Shown here: in pieces, positions 19,581 through 29,077 of the stretch | Layout: each line of letters starts with the position of its first letter | How positions within the stretch are numbered: the first letter of the stretch is position 1 | Source: Candidatus Poribacteria bacterium | GTDB taxonomy: Bacteria; Poribacteria; WGA-4E; UBA9662 | NCBI GenBank assembly: GCA_046582655.1 | Contig: JAYGDX010000073.1 | Span: forward strand, 1-64,000 | DNA: 64,000 nucleotides | Direction: 5' to 3' | Notes under the pieces: generated by a model | The model's input: the letters and a program-made list of their open reading frames with translations, nothing else | The model's database searches: none | Told to the model about the DNA's origin: nothing | Made by a program: the position numbers and the translations under genes

Positions 19581-22500
19581 ATGCGTACCTTTCCAATTAC
19601 CGAAGTGGTATTCAAGCTTTCCATTTTCAGTCTTTTTCTGTTGTTCATCATCCACTTTGCGTTTTCGCAGTCATCATTGTTACCTAATCCGAATAAGGAA
19701 CTACTAGAACTGAGCCCAACAGACCTCAATCAGTTTCGTCAGGAACGCCAGCAGCAAGTTTCAAAACAGGTGGTTGAATTAGCTGAAGAAGAAAGTGAGG
19801 ATACGGTTTCAATCTTGGGTGCTATCCAGCAGCCAGGTGTGTACAAGCATGTCAAAGGAATGCGTGTTTCCGATTTGTTGTTTCTTGCCCGTGGTGTTAA
19901 CCCAAATGCATATTTGGGCCAAGCGATTTTACAACGCTATTTTCCCAATAGGGAAAATGTTGAAATAATCCCTGTAGATCTAAATAAGGCAATAAATGGT
20001 GATGTAGTTGAGAATTTTTTGCTGCAAAATCATGATACCTTAATTGTTTCGGCTATTCCTGAGGAGGATGACGAAACGAAATCCACTGCTACTATTCAAA
20101 GTGAAGTCGATGAACTCAAGCGATTCGGATACGATTATTTTGAGGGTGCGCGCAAACGCATTCTTCGTATTGAAGAAACTTTAGGAGAACAAGGGATTCC
20201 GCCTTCGACTGTCAAAGATGCCATCAGTGGTTTTGTCGGTCCAACTGAGATGATGTCTAACAATGTCAATGCTGTTGTTCCTCATAATCGTGTATTGGGA
20301 CCCGGTGATAAATTAACTGTTATTTATTGGAGTGATCAGACACCACTAAACCGCCACGACCTTGTCGTTGATAACCAAGGGAACGTTATCCTGCCAGGGA
20401 TTGGACAGATAGTAGCTAGAGGCATGACAATTGATCGCTTTGAGCGAGTTGCAAGCGAGGCGATGTCCAGAATGCAGTTTACCGATTTAAAGTTGATTGC
20501 TACCCTTGATGCCCTCCATACTATTCAAGTTTTTATTACTGGTTATGTCTTTCGTCCGGGAGGGTATGCTACGAGTAGTGTTACAAGCCTATTTAATGCT
20601 TTATACCTCAGCGGTGGGCCAAATGAAGACGGCGCACTACGAGACATTCGCTTAACTAGGAACGGGGAAACAGTTCATGTTGATTTCTACAAGTACTTGA
20701 TGGATGGTGATTCAAGCCAAGATATTAACTTAATGGCTGGAGATACCATTTTCATTGGCTCGGTTAGGCGGCTTGTTTCTATTGAGGGAGAAGTTAAACG
20801 ACCTGGGGTTTATGAATTGTTGCCAAACGAGAAATTTAATGAATTAATTAATATGGCAGGTGGGCTCCTTCCCACTGGATATGCCAAAAGAATACAGATT
20901 ACGTCTGTGCAACCCAGCATAAAACGCGTTTTGCGTGAGGTCGATTTGTCTGTAGATCCCCAACCGAATCCTGATCTTTATGATAACGATTCTATCCTTG
21001 TGTTACCTATTCTCGAAGAGGTTCTTAATATTGTTCGGCTAGATGGAATGGTTAGACGCCCTGATACCTATGAGCTTACAAGTCAAATGCGAATCTCTAA
21101 TCTGATCGAAAAGGCGGAGGGAGTTCTAGGGGAGGCCTTTTTTACACGTGCTGATCTTTTCCGGCTAAATGAAGATGAGAAGACGACAACTGTGATCCCA
21201 ATCAACCTCGGTTTGGCGCTGCAGGACGATGAGAGACATAATCTTCGATTGCAACAGCGTGACCGATTGATGGTATATTCCAAGTTTGATGTCGAATGGA
21301 CAGCAGAACGGATTGTCAGTGCACAAGGTGCAGTAGAAAATCCGGGTAGTTTTGAGCGATCAGATAAAATGAAAATCTCAGATCTGATCATTCAAGCAGG
21401 TGGGGTATCGCCAGAGGCGCACCTTAAACAAGCAATATTATTTAGATTGGATAAACAGTTCCAGATTGCAGAAGGTATTCCAATTGACCTTGAACAAGTG
21501 TCACAAAATGATCTAAAACAAAATCTTTATCTTAATGACGGAGACGTACTCCTTGTGTTCCGTTTTGATGAGGTGCGTTGGATACCAGACCGAGAAGTAA
21601 CAATAACTGGTAATGTTCAGCGTCCTGGAACTTATCCTCGCTTTGATAACATGCGGGTTTCTGATCTCATCTTTCAGGCAGGCGCAATTCTCCCCGAAAC
21701 TGATATGACAGCATTATTCATGAAGCGAGATCACTACTCAAATGTTTTGACTTCGCAAAGCATCGACTTGTCGAAGGTATTGGATAAGGATTTGGATGTG
21801 GATATCGTCCTCACAGATGGAGATCAATTGATTGTCTACAAAGGAGTTGAAAGACACTGGGCGCCGTTGCGTGAGGTTTCAATCTCAGGTGCTATCCAAA
21901 AACCAGGTGTGTATGAGCGTGTCAAAGAAATGCGTGTTTCCGATCTGCTGTTTCGCGCTGGTGGAGTTAGTCCGAATGCACATCTGGATCGAGCGAATTT
22001 GCAGCGCTATTTGCCCAATCAGGAAAATATTCAAATAATCCCCATAGATCTAAATAAGGTGATAACTGATGATATGGATCAGAATCTGCTGTTGCAAGAC
22101 CGTGATTCCTTAATTGTATTTGCGACCCATGAAGTTTTGTATAAGGCGAAACCGATTGTCACTATTCATGGTGCTGTTCGTAAACCTAATGAGTATCTTC
22201 GCACTCAGGGAATGCGTGTTTCCGATCTACTCTTTCTTGCTGGCGGTGTTTTGCCCTCTAGTCGCAGTACAATTGAAGTTGCCCGCGCCCATGCAGAGGG
22301 GAATACGGAAATTTCGAAAATTGATCTCAACTCTATTGAACGAGGAGATTTGGATCATGATATACTTTTATTTAATCAGGATATTGTAACTGTGCAGAAA
22401 ATGCAGAGTTTTAGTGAGACACCAATGATAGTTACAATTGAAGGGCAAGTGCAGTTTCCTGGTGTCTATGCCATCAATGTAAGTGATCGAATCAGTGACT

Positions 22501-23354
22501 TAATCGATCGTGCTGGTGGTTTTACCGATTTGGCTTTTATTAAGGGGGCTATCTTCACTAGAACCGAAGGAAATTTAATTGATGAAGTACAAATGAGTTC
22601 TCTGCGAGACACACTAAAAGAACTCGAAGGAGAGAAAGAGCACGAGTATATTAGACAACTGGCCAAAAGCCAGTTGTCTGCACGGCAACCTCAAATTACG
22701 GAGGAACTAGAATCGACAGTATCAGCGGTGGCCAAATCTGCCGCATCTCCACTGGCGGCAACATCAATTATTGCTGATCAAATCATACCTTTGAATGCAG
22801 AAGGCCAAGAAGGGTTTGAAGTATCCTCCCAGATACCAGGAGGTCTTGGACCAACAGTGATTCAGAGTTCAAGACGTCCTGGAATTAGTTTAGTCACACC
22901 AGCGCGTAAAATCAAAAAGATAATTCCAAACCAACGGGTTTTTATCGATCTTCCTCGGATTCTGGAGAGCAAATCCTCAGATATAGATCCCATTCTGACA
23001 GATGGAGATCGTTTGGTAATTCCGAAAGAACGGCAGACTGTGCTAGTAATTGGTGCAGTGCTCCATCCGAGTTCCTTTATTTACCAATCCAAGAATAGAC
23101 TAGCTGATTACGTTGAGATGGCTGGTAGTTATGCGAGGGACGCAGATCTAGAAAGCGTATACGTTTTGAGAGCTAATGGTCTAGCATACCGCAGTGATAG
23201 AGTAAAGCTGATCGAAAGTGGTGATGTTATTGTTATACCAACAAAAGTTATGGTCGAAAGAGTCAATGATGTCTGGGGACAGGTAATCAGCCTAATCCGA
23301 ATGACTGTTGTTACGGGGACAACCCTCCTGCTTATTCGCCAACTAACTAAGTAA
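19581..23354 (+). CDS. Polysaccharide export (Wza/KpsD-like) protein with about 10 SLBB modules
   Basis: LGPGDKL…VDNQGNVILPGIG Poly_export motif and about 10 repeats of 'V.I.G.V..PG.Y…M.VSDL…AGG'. Confidence 0.85.
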   Translation: MRTFPITEVVFKLSIFSLFLLFIIHFAFSQSSLLPNPNKELLELSPTDLNQFRQERQQQVSKQVVELAEEESEDTVSILGAIQQPGVYKHVKGMRVSDLLFLARGVNPNAYLGQAILQRYFPNRENVEIIPVDLNKAINGDVVENFLLQNHDTLIVSAIPEEDDETKSTATIQSEVDELKRFGYDYFEGARKRILRIEETLGEQGIPPSTVKDAISGFVGPTEMMSNNVNAVVPHNRVLGPGDKLTVIYWSDQTPLNRHDLVVDNQGNVILPGIGQIVARGMTIDRFERVASEAMSRMQFTDLKLIATLDALHTIQVFITGYVFRPGGYATSSVTSLFNALYLSGGPNEDGALRDIRLTRNGETVHVDFYKYLMDGDSSQDINLMAGDTIFIGSVRRLVSIEGEVKRPGVYELLPNEKFNELINMAGGLLPTGYAKRIQITSVQPSIKRVLREVDLSVDPQPNPDLYDNDSILVLPILEEVLNIVRLDGMVRRPDTYELTSQMRISNLIEKAEGVLGEAFFTRADLFRLNEDEKTTTVIPINLGLALQDDERHNLRLQQRDRLMVYSKFDVEWTAERIVSAQGAVENPGSFERSDKMKISDLIIQAGGVSPEAHLKQAILFRLDKQFQIAEGIPIDLEQVSQNDLKQNLYLNDGDVLLVFRFDEVRWIPDREVTITGNVQRPGTYPRFDNMRVSDLIFQAGAILPETDMTALFMKRDHYSNVLTSQSIDLSKVLDKDLDVDIVLTDGDQLIVYKGVERHWAPLREVSISGAIQKPGVYERVKEMRVSDLLFRAGGVSPNAHLDRANLQRYLPNQENIQIIPIDLNKVITDDMDQNLLLQDRDSLIVFATHEVLYKAKPIVTIHGAVRKPNEYLRTQGMRVSDLLFLAGGVLPSSRSTIEVARAHAEGNTEISKIDLNSIERGDLDHDILLFNQDIVTVQKMQSFSETPMIVTIEGQVQFPGVYAINVSDRISDLIDRAGGFTDLAFIKGAIFTRTEGNLIDEVQMSSLRDTLKELEGEKEHEYIRQLAKSQLSARQPQITEELESTVSAVAKSAASPLAATSIIADQIIPLNAEGQEGFEVSSQIPGGLGPTVIQSSRRPGISLVTPARKIKKIIPNQRVFIDLPRILESKSSDIDPILTDGDRLVIPKERQTVLVIGAVLHPSSFIYQSKNRLADYVEMAGSYARDADLESVYVLRANGLAYRSDRVKLIESGDVIVIPTKVMVERVNDVWGQVISLIRMTVVTGTTLLLIRQLTK

Positions 23355-23367
23355 AAGAAATTATCTG

Positions 23368-26300
23368 ATGACTAAAGCGGATCTTGCCATTGTCCAAATT
23401 CTATTCGCTGCAATTCTCACCGTTATTTCTATAATGAGCGCAGTTCTGATGCTTCAGCACGCCAAACGCATCAGAAGTCTCAAGCTTCGTGTACAAGCAC
23501 ACTTGTTATGGTGTGGAGTGTGCCTGATCTCAGCCTATCTATTCTTTTCAGAAGTTGCATATCTATATACAGAACACCTCTGGTTTGAACAAGTTGGTTA
23601 CGCGCATGTCTTTTGGGGGCTTCTTAAAGGACGATGGGGACTTTTAATCAAATTCATGGCTGTTGCTATTGTGTTTATTGGTATGAATTCCTTTGTTGGG
23701 CATCGTCTTTGTCCAATTTCAACTGAGTTTGCTCGTTGGACACGCGATCGAACTAAGCAATTTTACGTTCTGCTGGCTTTCTTGATTTTCTCGATTTCGA
23801 TTGTACTCGCAATCCCGATGATGTTTTTCTGGGATGACTTCGTTCGGTATGACAATGGTCAGGAGTGGACAGGCACTCCTGAAACTGTGTTTCAGAAATT
23901 ATTATTTGTTGCTAACGAAGAATTGGCAACTGATTTAGACAAGGGTAGCGTTACTGAAAACCTGAGAAGGGAATTTGAGAAAAATGGAATGGTTCTGTCT
24001 CAAAATGTGGATCTGCGAACTCCTGGTTTTAACCGCAAGGGCATTAAGTGGGTCATAACTGATAGGGATAATAAAAAAACGTATTCTATTGCCAAAAAGA
24101 ATGACAGCCTTAGTTTCTATGTTCCAAAAGATCTAAGTTTTTTTTTATTTGAGTTTCCAGTTTACCAGCGGGTTAGTTTATGGCTGAAAGTGCTGATGTG
24201 GGCGAACTTACTGGTGACTGGGTTTTTGTACAATTTCTACTATCGACGCGATCCTCAGACGATGGCACGAGTTGAGCACTATCTGGTTGTTCATGGTTCA
24301 ATTCTGTGGCTAATGTTACTCGCTGTTTCTTTGTGGCGAAGTCAAATTAATATTTGGGGCGTTCTGTATAGATCTCGAGCACCTTTAGGCATTGGACACC
24401 AAATCAGGCGGATTGTTGACGGACTGGGCTATATTGATAACAAGCTTATCGGCGCTTACCAAATTTATATGGTTTGTATTGTTGTTGTTGGCGTTGTGAT
24501 TTTAATCAACTTATTCTGGAGAAAACGGGTTATTTGGTATTCATTAATTCTCGCGTGGGGGCTAAGTTACCTAATTTTAGTTCAGATTTATCCGCTGGCT
24601 GTTTACTTTGTCCAAGTTCGTCCAAATCCATTGACAGCAGAGAAGCCGTTTCTTACCGACCATATCAGGTCTACTCGCCGTGCATTTGGTTTAGATCGAA
24701 TTGAAGAACGAGATCAAATTAGGGGAGCTGCCACACTTGAATCGATCAATCGAAATACTGAGGTTAAAGAAAATATTCAACTCTGGGATCGGCGGGTACT
24801 TTATGAGGTCTTGATGGTCAAACAGTTCATCAAACCGTATTATCAATTTCATCCCTATACTGATGTTGATCGGTATTGGGTCGATGGGAAGTATTGGCAG
24901 GTCCTGATTGCGGCTAGAGAAATTAATTCGTCGGGACTACCTGAAGCACAGGATTGGGTAAATCAGAAATTAAGGTATACTCACGGATACAGTGTTTGTG
25001 TTACGCCGGTAAATGAATTTAAGAAAGAGGGTGGCGGACCAAATTTCTGGATTGATGGGAAATCTGCTAACAGTTATAAGAATCTACATGTAAATCGGCC
25101 ACAAGTCTACTATGGCGAATTAACGAAAGATTACGCGATTGTCAATACCAGGCAAAAAGAGATTGACCATACCACGCATCAAGAGCAGTACCAAGGATTT
25201 GGTGGAGTAGAAATTGGTAGTTGGTTCAGGCGACTTTGTTTTGCCGCTCGTTTCGATTTTGGGCGTATTTTGCTTTCCTCCGATCTGAAGCCTGAAAGCA
25301 GAATCCTCTTTTGGCGAAAAATTGGCACACATCAGCCTGATTCAGCGAGAACGGTTGTTGATCGGGTCTCACATATTGCTCCTTTTCTCAAATACGATCC
25401 GGATCCCTACATAGTGATTGGCGATGACGGGCAGTTGTGGTGGATAATCGATATTTATGTGACCAGCCACAGCTATCCCAATGCGGAGGTTTATGTTGAT
25501 GAAACCGAGCTTAAGGAAAATCCTCTATATTCTGAGCCAACTTTTGATCGATTTAATTATATTCGTAATCCTGCAGTTGCCATTGTCAATGCCTATAGCG
25601 GGAAAGTTGACTTCTACTTTACCAAAACTGTTCAAGAACCAGTTACACTTGCTTATCAGAAAGCTTTTCGAAAACCATTATTTCGGATCGTTGATAAAGA
25701 GATAGAGAGATATTTAGACAACGGTGTAATATGGAAAGATCTTAGAGAAAGGTTTGGTAAATATGGAGTGGGACTTTCTGAAGAGGTTACGGTTACCAGC
25801 CGAGAGAAAGAAAAGAGTATCGGTTGGTACATAACCGACACAGTCGATGGCAGTGTGTATTCTGCAGAGAAGAACGGTGATGAAATCGAGTTTTATGCCA
25901 GTTTCTTCAAAAGCAGATCTGAAATCCCGGCAGGTCTGCAAAATCATCTTCGATACCCAGATTACTTGACACGCGTTCAAGCAGCCATGTATGCAGCTTA
26001 TCACGTAGAGGATCCGGAAATCTTTTATTCTGGATCTGAAAGATGGAGTATTCCTCACGAAAAGTACTATTCAGGTTCAGGGTCTCAGGAGATGGTTCCT
26101 TATTATGCTATTCTCAAGTTACCTGGGGAAAGTGAACCGGAATTTGTCAATATGATTCCATTTTCCCCTCCATCTCCTACATCTTCTAAGCGGGTACAAC
26201 AACGACAAAAAGCGGGTAAACTAATGAATGCTTGGCTTGTGGCACGCAGCGATGCAAAGCATTACGGTCAGTTGGTTGTCTATAAGTTGCCTGAGGAGGA

Positions 26301-26775
26301 AACAGTCAAAGGCCCTTTTCAAGTTGAAGGGGATATTGAAATAGCGATGTCGGAAAAGCTAACGCTCTGGAACCAGCAGGGAACCACAGTTATTCGCGGT
26401 AATTTGTTGGTGATTCCTGTAGGAGATGCGTTATTCTACGTGGAACCGATATATCTTCAGCCAGCCATGCCAGATTTGGCTCCTAATTTGGTTGCCGTGA
26501 TAGTTAATGCTGGTGATCGTTTGGCTACTGCAGATACGTTTGATCAAGCGTTGCAGCAGATCTTCGGTGTTGGTATCGGCATTACACCAAAGACAGAAAC
26601 AACAGGCCAGATAGAAGAAGGACCTTTTCTGACTTCAGACGAACTCACTGAACTTGCAAATGAAAAGTATAAGCAATACTTGAAGTTGACAGGGGAAGGT
26701 GAACTCGCAAAAGCCGCTCAAGCTCTCATGAATCTCGGGGAAAATTTAGAAGAATTGCTTAAAAAATTGGAATAG
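23368..26775 (+). CDS. UPF0182 family membrane protein with insertions
   Basis: LWFEQVGY, ENIQLWD, DVDRY, AARE, YTHGY, PQVYYGE, DPDPY, NYIRN, HLRYP, GNLLVIP and YVEPIYLQ motifs. Confidence 0.9.
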   Translation: MTKADLAIVQILFAAILTVISIMSAVLMLQHAKRIRSLKLRVQAHLLWCGVCLISAYLFFSEVAYLYTEHLWFEQVGYAHVFWGLLKGRWGLLIKFMAVAIVFIGMNSFVGHRLCPISTEFARWTRDRTKQFYVLLAFLIFSISIVLAIPMMFFWDDFVRYDNGQEWTGTPETVFQKLLFVANEELATDLDKGSVTENLRREFEKNGMVLSQNVDLRTPGFNRKGIKWVITDRDNKKTYSIAKKNDSLSFYVPKDLSFFLFEFPVYQRVSLWLKVLMWANLLVTGFLYNFYYRRDPQTMARVEHYLVVHGSILWLMLLAVSLWRSQINIWGVLYRSRAPLGIGHQIRRIVDGLGYIDNKLIGAYQIYMVCIVVVGVVILINLFWRKRVIWYSLILAWGLSYLILVQIYPLAVYFVQVRPNPLTAEKPFLTDHIRSTRRAFGLDRIEERDQIRGAATLESINRNTEVKENIQLWDRRVLYEVLMVKQFIKPYYQFHPYTDVDRYWVDGKYWQVLIAAREINSSGLPEAQDWVNQKLRYTHGYSVCVTPVNEFKKEGGGPNFWIDGKSANSYKNLHVNRPQVYYGELTKDYAIVNTRQKEIDHTTHQEQYQGFGGVEIGSWFRRLCFAARFDFGRILLSSDLKPESRILFWRKIGTHQPDSARTVVDRVSHIAPFLKYDPDPYIVIGDDGQLWWIIDIYVTSHSYPNAEVYVDETELKENPLYSEPTFDRFNYIRNPAVAIVNAYSGKVDFYFTKTVQEPVTLAYQKAFRKPLFRIVDKEIERYLDNGVIWKDLRERFGKYGVGLSEEVTVTSREKEKSIGWYITDTVDGSVYSAEKNGDEIEFYASFFKSRSEIPAGLQNHLRYPDYLTRVQAAMYAAYHVEDPEIFYSGSERWSIPHEKYYSGSGSQEMVPYYAILKLPGESEPEFVNMIPFSPPSPTSSKRVQQRQKAGKLMNAWLVARSDAKHYGQLVVYKLPEEETVKGPFQVEGDIEIAMSEKLTLWNQQGTTVIRGNLLVIPVGDALFYVEPIYLQPAMPDLAPNLVAVIVNAGDRLATADTFDQALQQIFGVGIGITPKTETTGQIEEGPFLTSDELTELANEKYKQYLKLTGEGELAKAAQALMNLGENLEELLKKLE

Positions 26776-26776
26776 T

Positions 26777-29074
26777 TTAGAAATAGTAAAGATTTTTGTG
26801 TTTCTGCCGGTCATACCACTTTACAGCAAAATACATTAGGTTCTGTATCATCTTTTGATTTACTTCGATATCATTACTGGTTTCGTTTTTCAAGCTGGTG
26901 ATAATGTATAATCCAGCCTGAAACTTCAGCAGTAGAACTGCTGCATCATCACGACCGTGTGCATACGCATACAGTTGGAAATTTTCATTCCACCCAGTCC
27001 ACATATCATCCATTTTAATGTTGCCTGATTTAATCTTGTTTGGATATTGAAACAGGTTTTTCCCGGCATACGTTGGTTTAAATTGCGTTGTTTCCTCACG
27101 TTCAATAGCGATCAGTGGTTCTGGAATCCAGCCGGCGCTTCGTCGACGCAAGCCTGTTACGTCTTGACCTGACGTTATGACAATCCCACCTCGACTAACG
27201 AAAGTTTTTATCCTATGCTCGGCATCAATATTTAGCTGATATTTTTCTTTGTAAATTTCTCCATGTCCGAGCCAAACAATGTGTGATTTCGCAATCTGAA
27301 CAGATTGAAGCCTTTGCGTTTCCTGATAAAGCATATGGTGATTTTCTATTTTTTCAAATTGTTGGATGACCGGAAATTCTACATCAGTGACGTTACCAGT
27401 TAGAACAATTGTTTTAAGTGGCATCTCAGATTTTATATGCGGTCTAATTCGAGGTGAAGCAGGAGAGAAAAGGAGTGAGCCGATTGGTTTATGACCCGCT
27501 TTTTTTCGGCCCACTTTACTCACAAGGGCTATTTGGGCTATCATTCGTTTCCGGAAGCCTGGCAGAATTCTTACCGTTTTGGACGCGAATCGCCGCATCT
27601 TATCGTCAAGACGATTAAAGGCATGTTCGATAGACCAACGCCTGGCGTAGCTGTGCCCAATCTCCTTGATATCAATGCGATCTTCATTAATGTTGGTGAT
27701 ATATCCGTGGATAACATTAATTCCCTTAATCGGGTTCCCTTTAGCATCTGTAATGGTAATATCGGCTGCTTCTTTTTGAACAAGGATTTTTTCCGTTAAA
27801 GTCTCAAGATCCAACAATTGTGTTTCATGCTTTTCAGCACTCTCAATTATGTGACAGTACTTTCGAGGGAAAACAATGTCCGCTTCACGAATCGACTTGA
27901 ACTGAACATGGACTTGCTTGAAGTTTCGGTAGGTTCGTCTTTGCCGAGTTATAATCTTCTGGAATGGTGGGACAGTTTGATTTAGGTCTCCTGGACGCAG
28001 GAAGATATGCTGTACATTAAAAGCCGGAACACGATACTCATATTTAAATTCTTTCACAAAATCTGGACTGCCGTCGTGCAGCTTAACATTTCCAATCAAT
28101 ATGTCGTAAGGGGTATTGTTCTCAAAAAACAGGCGATCTCCCTCTGTTCTGCAACGCATGCCTCGTTCATCTCGCGTAGTCCCACCAATACCAAAATTCA
28201 CCTCCCATTGGTCAGAATACCCTTGTCCATTTTCTTGCCTAATGTCCATCAGGTACATATATTGTGCGTTATATTCTTTGAGAATAGCAGTAAATTTAGT
28301 TCCTTCCACATCTACCTTGTTAGTTCCTTCCACATCTACCTTGTTAGCTCCTTCCACATCTACCTTGTTAGCTCCTTCCACATCTACCTTGATACGCGTG
28401 CCTACAAACCGTTCAATTAGTCGTTCATAACTTTCATCTAAAGCATAATCAACCAAACTTTTCTCGATTTCATCAAGATCAGAAACTGTTTTGACGTTAC
28501 CTCTCTGTCTTTGCATTGGTTCAAAAGCTTTCATTTTTTGAAATGATCCCCAGATCATTTGGATGGTTGTCCTCACCGAATCCTTCAGAGCAACCCAAAA
28601 GTTCCGAATTTTCCGAAGTAGCCGTGTTAAAAAGCTTGGATGATACACTCGATCAAGATCCCAATCCCGCTCGATCTTTTCGTTTTCATTCATCGAATCA
28701 AGATAACGAATATAGGCTTTAATAGTATTCATCTCGATTTTATTGAAAATATAACTGGCAGCGTGACCTCTCTGACGCGATTCTTCAGAAATGATCTCAA
28801 TTCCATCCCTTTCTAGACGCATAGTCCCACGGTAGCGACTATCGTCGTTCATCTGAAAAACCAAGTATTTTCTCAGCAATTTCTTGAGAATTTTGTCCTT
28901 TTTGAAAAGATCAATTAGATAATTTATACTAGCAAAAAGAAAGATAAAAAAAGCAGATATAACAAGTGGATTAGAAACAAAACTTTCCCATTTCCAGAAC
29001 TCACCGTTCCCATCTTCTGCCAGAACTTCTGGAATATAAATGATAAATAGAATTAGCAAAGTGTATCTTGACAT
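26777..29074 (-). CDS. Hypothetical membrane-anchored protein with a coding tandem repeat; C-terminal region is GATase/ThuA-like
   Basis: 765-aa ORF with a signal peptide plus one TM helix, (KVDVEG[A/T]N/K)x4, and IKTFVSRGGIVI. The fold call is tentative. Confidence 0.7.
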   Translation of the reverse strand: MSRYTLLILFIIYIPEVLAEDGNGEFWKWESFVSNPLVISAFFIFLFASINYLIDLFKKDKILKKLLRKYLVFQMNDDSRYRGTMRLERDGIEIISEESRQRGHAASYIFNKIEMNTIKAYIRYLDSMNENEKIERDWDLDRVYHPSFLTRLLRKIRNFWVALKDSVRTTIQMIWGSFQKMKAFEPMQRQRGNVKTVSDLDEIEKSLVDYALDESYERLIERFVGTRIKVDVEGANKVDVEGANKVDVEGTNKVDVEGTKFTAILKEYNAQYMYLMDIRQENGQGYSDQWEVNFGIGGTTRDERGMRCRTEGDRLFFENNTPYDILIGNVKLHDGSPDFVKEFKYEYRVPAFNVQHIFLRPGDLNQTVPPFQKIITRQRRTYRNFKQVHVQFKSIREADIVFPRKYCHIIESAEKHETQLLDLETLTEKILVQKEAADITITDAKGNPIKGINVIHGYITNINEDRIDIKEIGHSYARRWSIEHAFNRLDDKMRRFASKTVRILPGFRKRMIAQIALVSKVGRKKAGHKPIGSLLFSPASPRIRPHIKSEMPLKTIVLTGNVTDVEFPVIQQFEKIENHHMLYQETQRLQSVQIAKSHIVWLGHGEIYKEKYQLNIDAEHRIKTFVSRGGIVITSGQDVTGLRRRSAGWIPEPLIAIEREETTQFKPTYAGKNLFQYPNKIKSGNIKMDDMWTGWNENFQLYAYAHGRDDAAVLLLKFQAGLYIITSLKNETSNDIEVNQKMIQNLMYFAVKWYDRQKHKNLYYF
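28296..28391. repeat. Coding VNTR, 4 x 24 bp
   Basis: Unit ttag(t/c)tccttccacatctaccttg repeated four times head-to-tail. Confidence 0.97.
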
Positions 29075-29077
29075 TGC

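Noticed and set aside
28296..28391. 24-bp direct repeats as a CRISPR array
   Set aside because: The units are contiguous with no spacers, lie in-frame within a CDS, and there are no cas genes.
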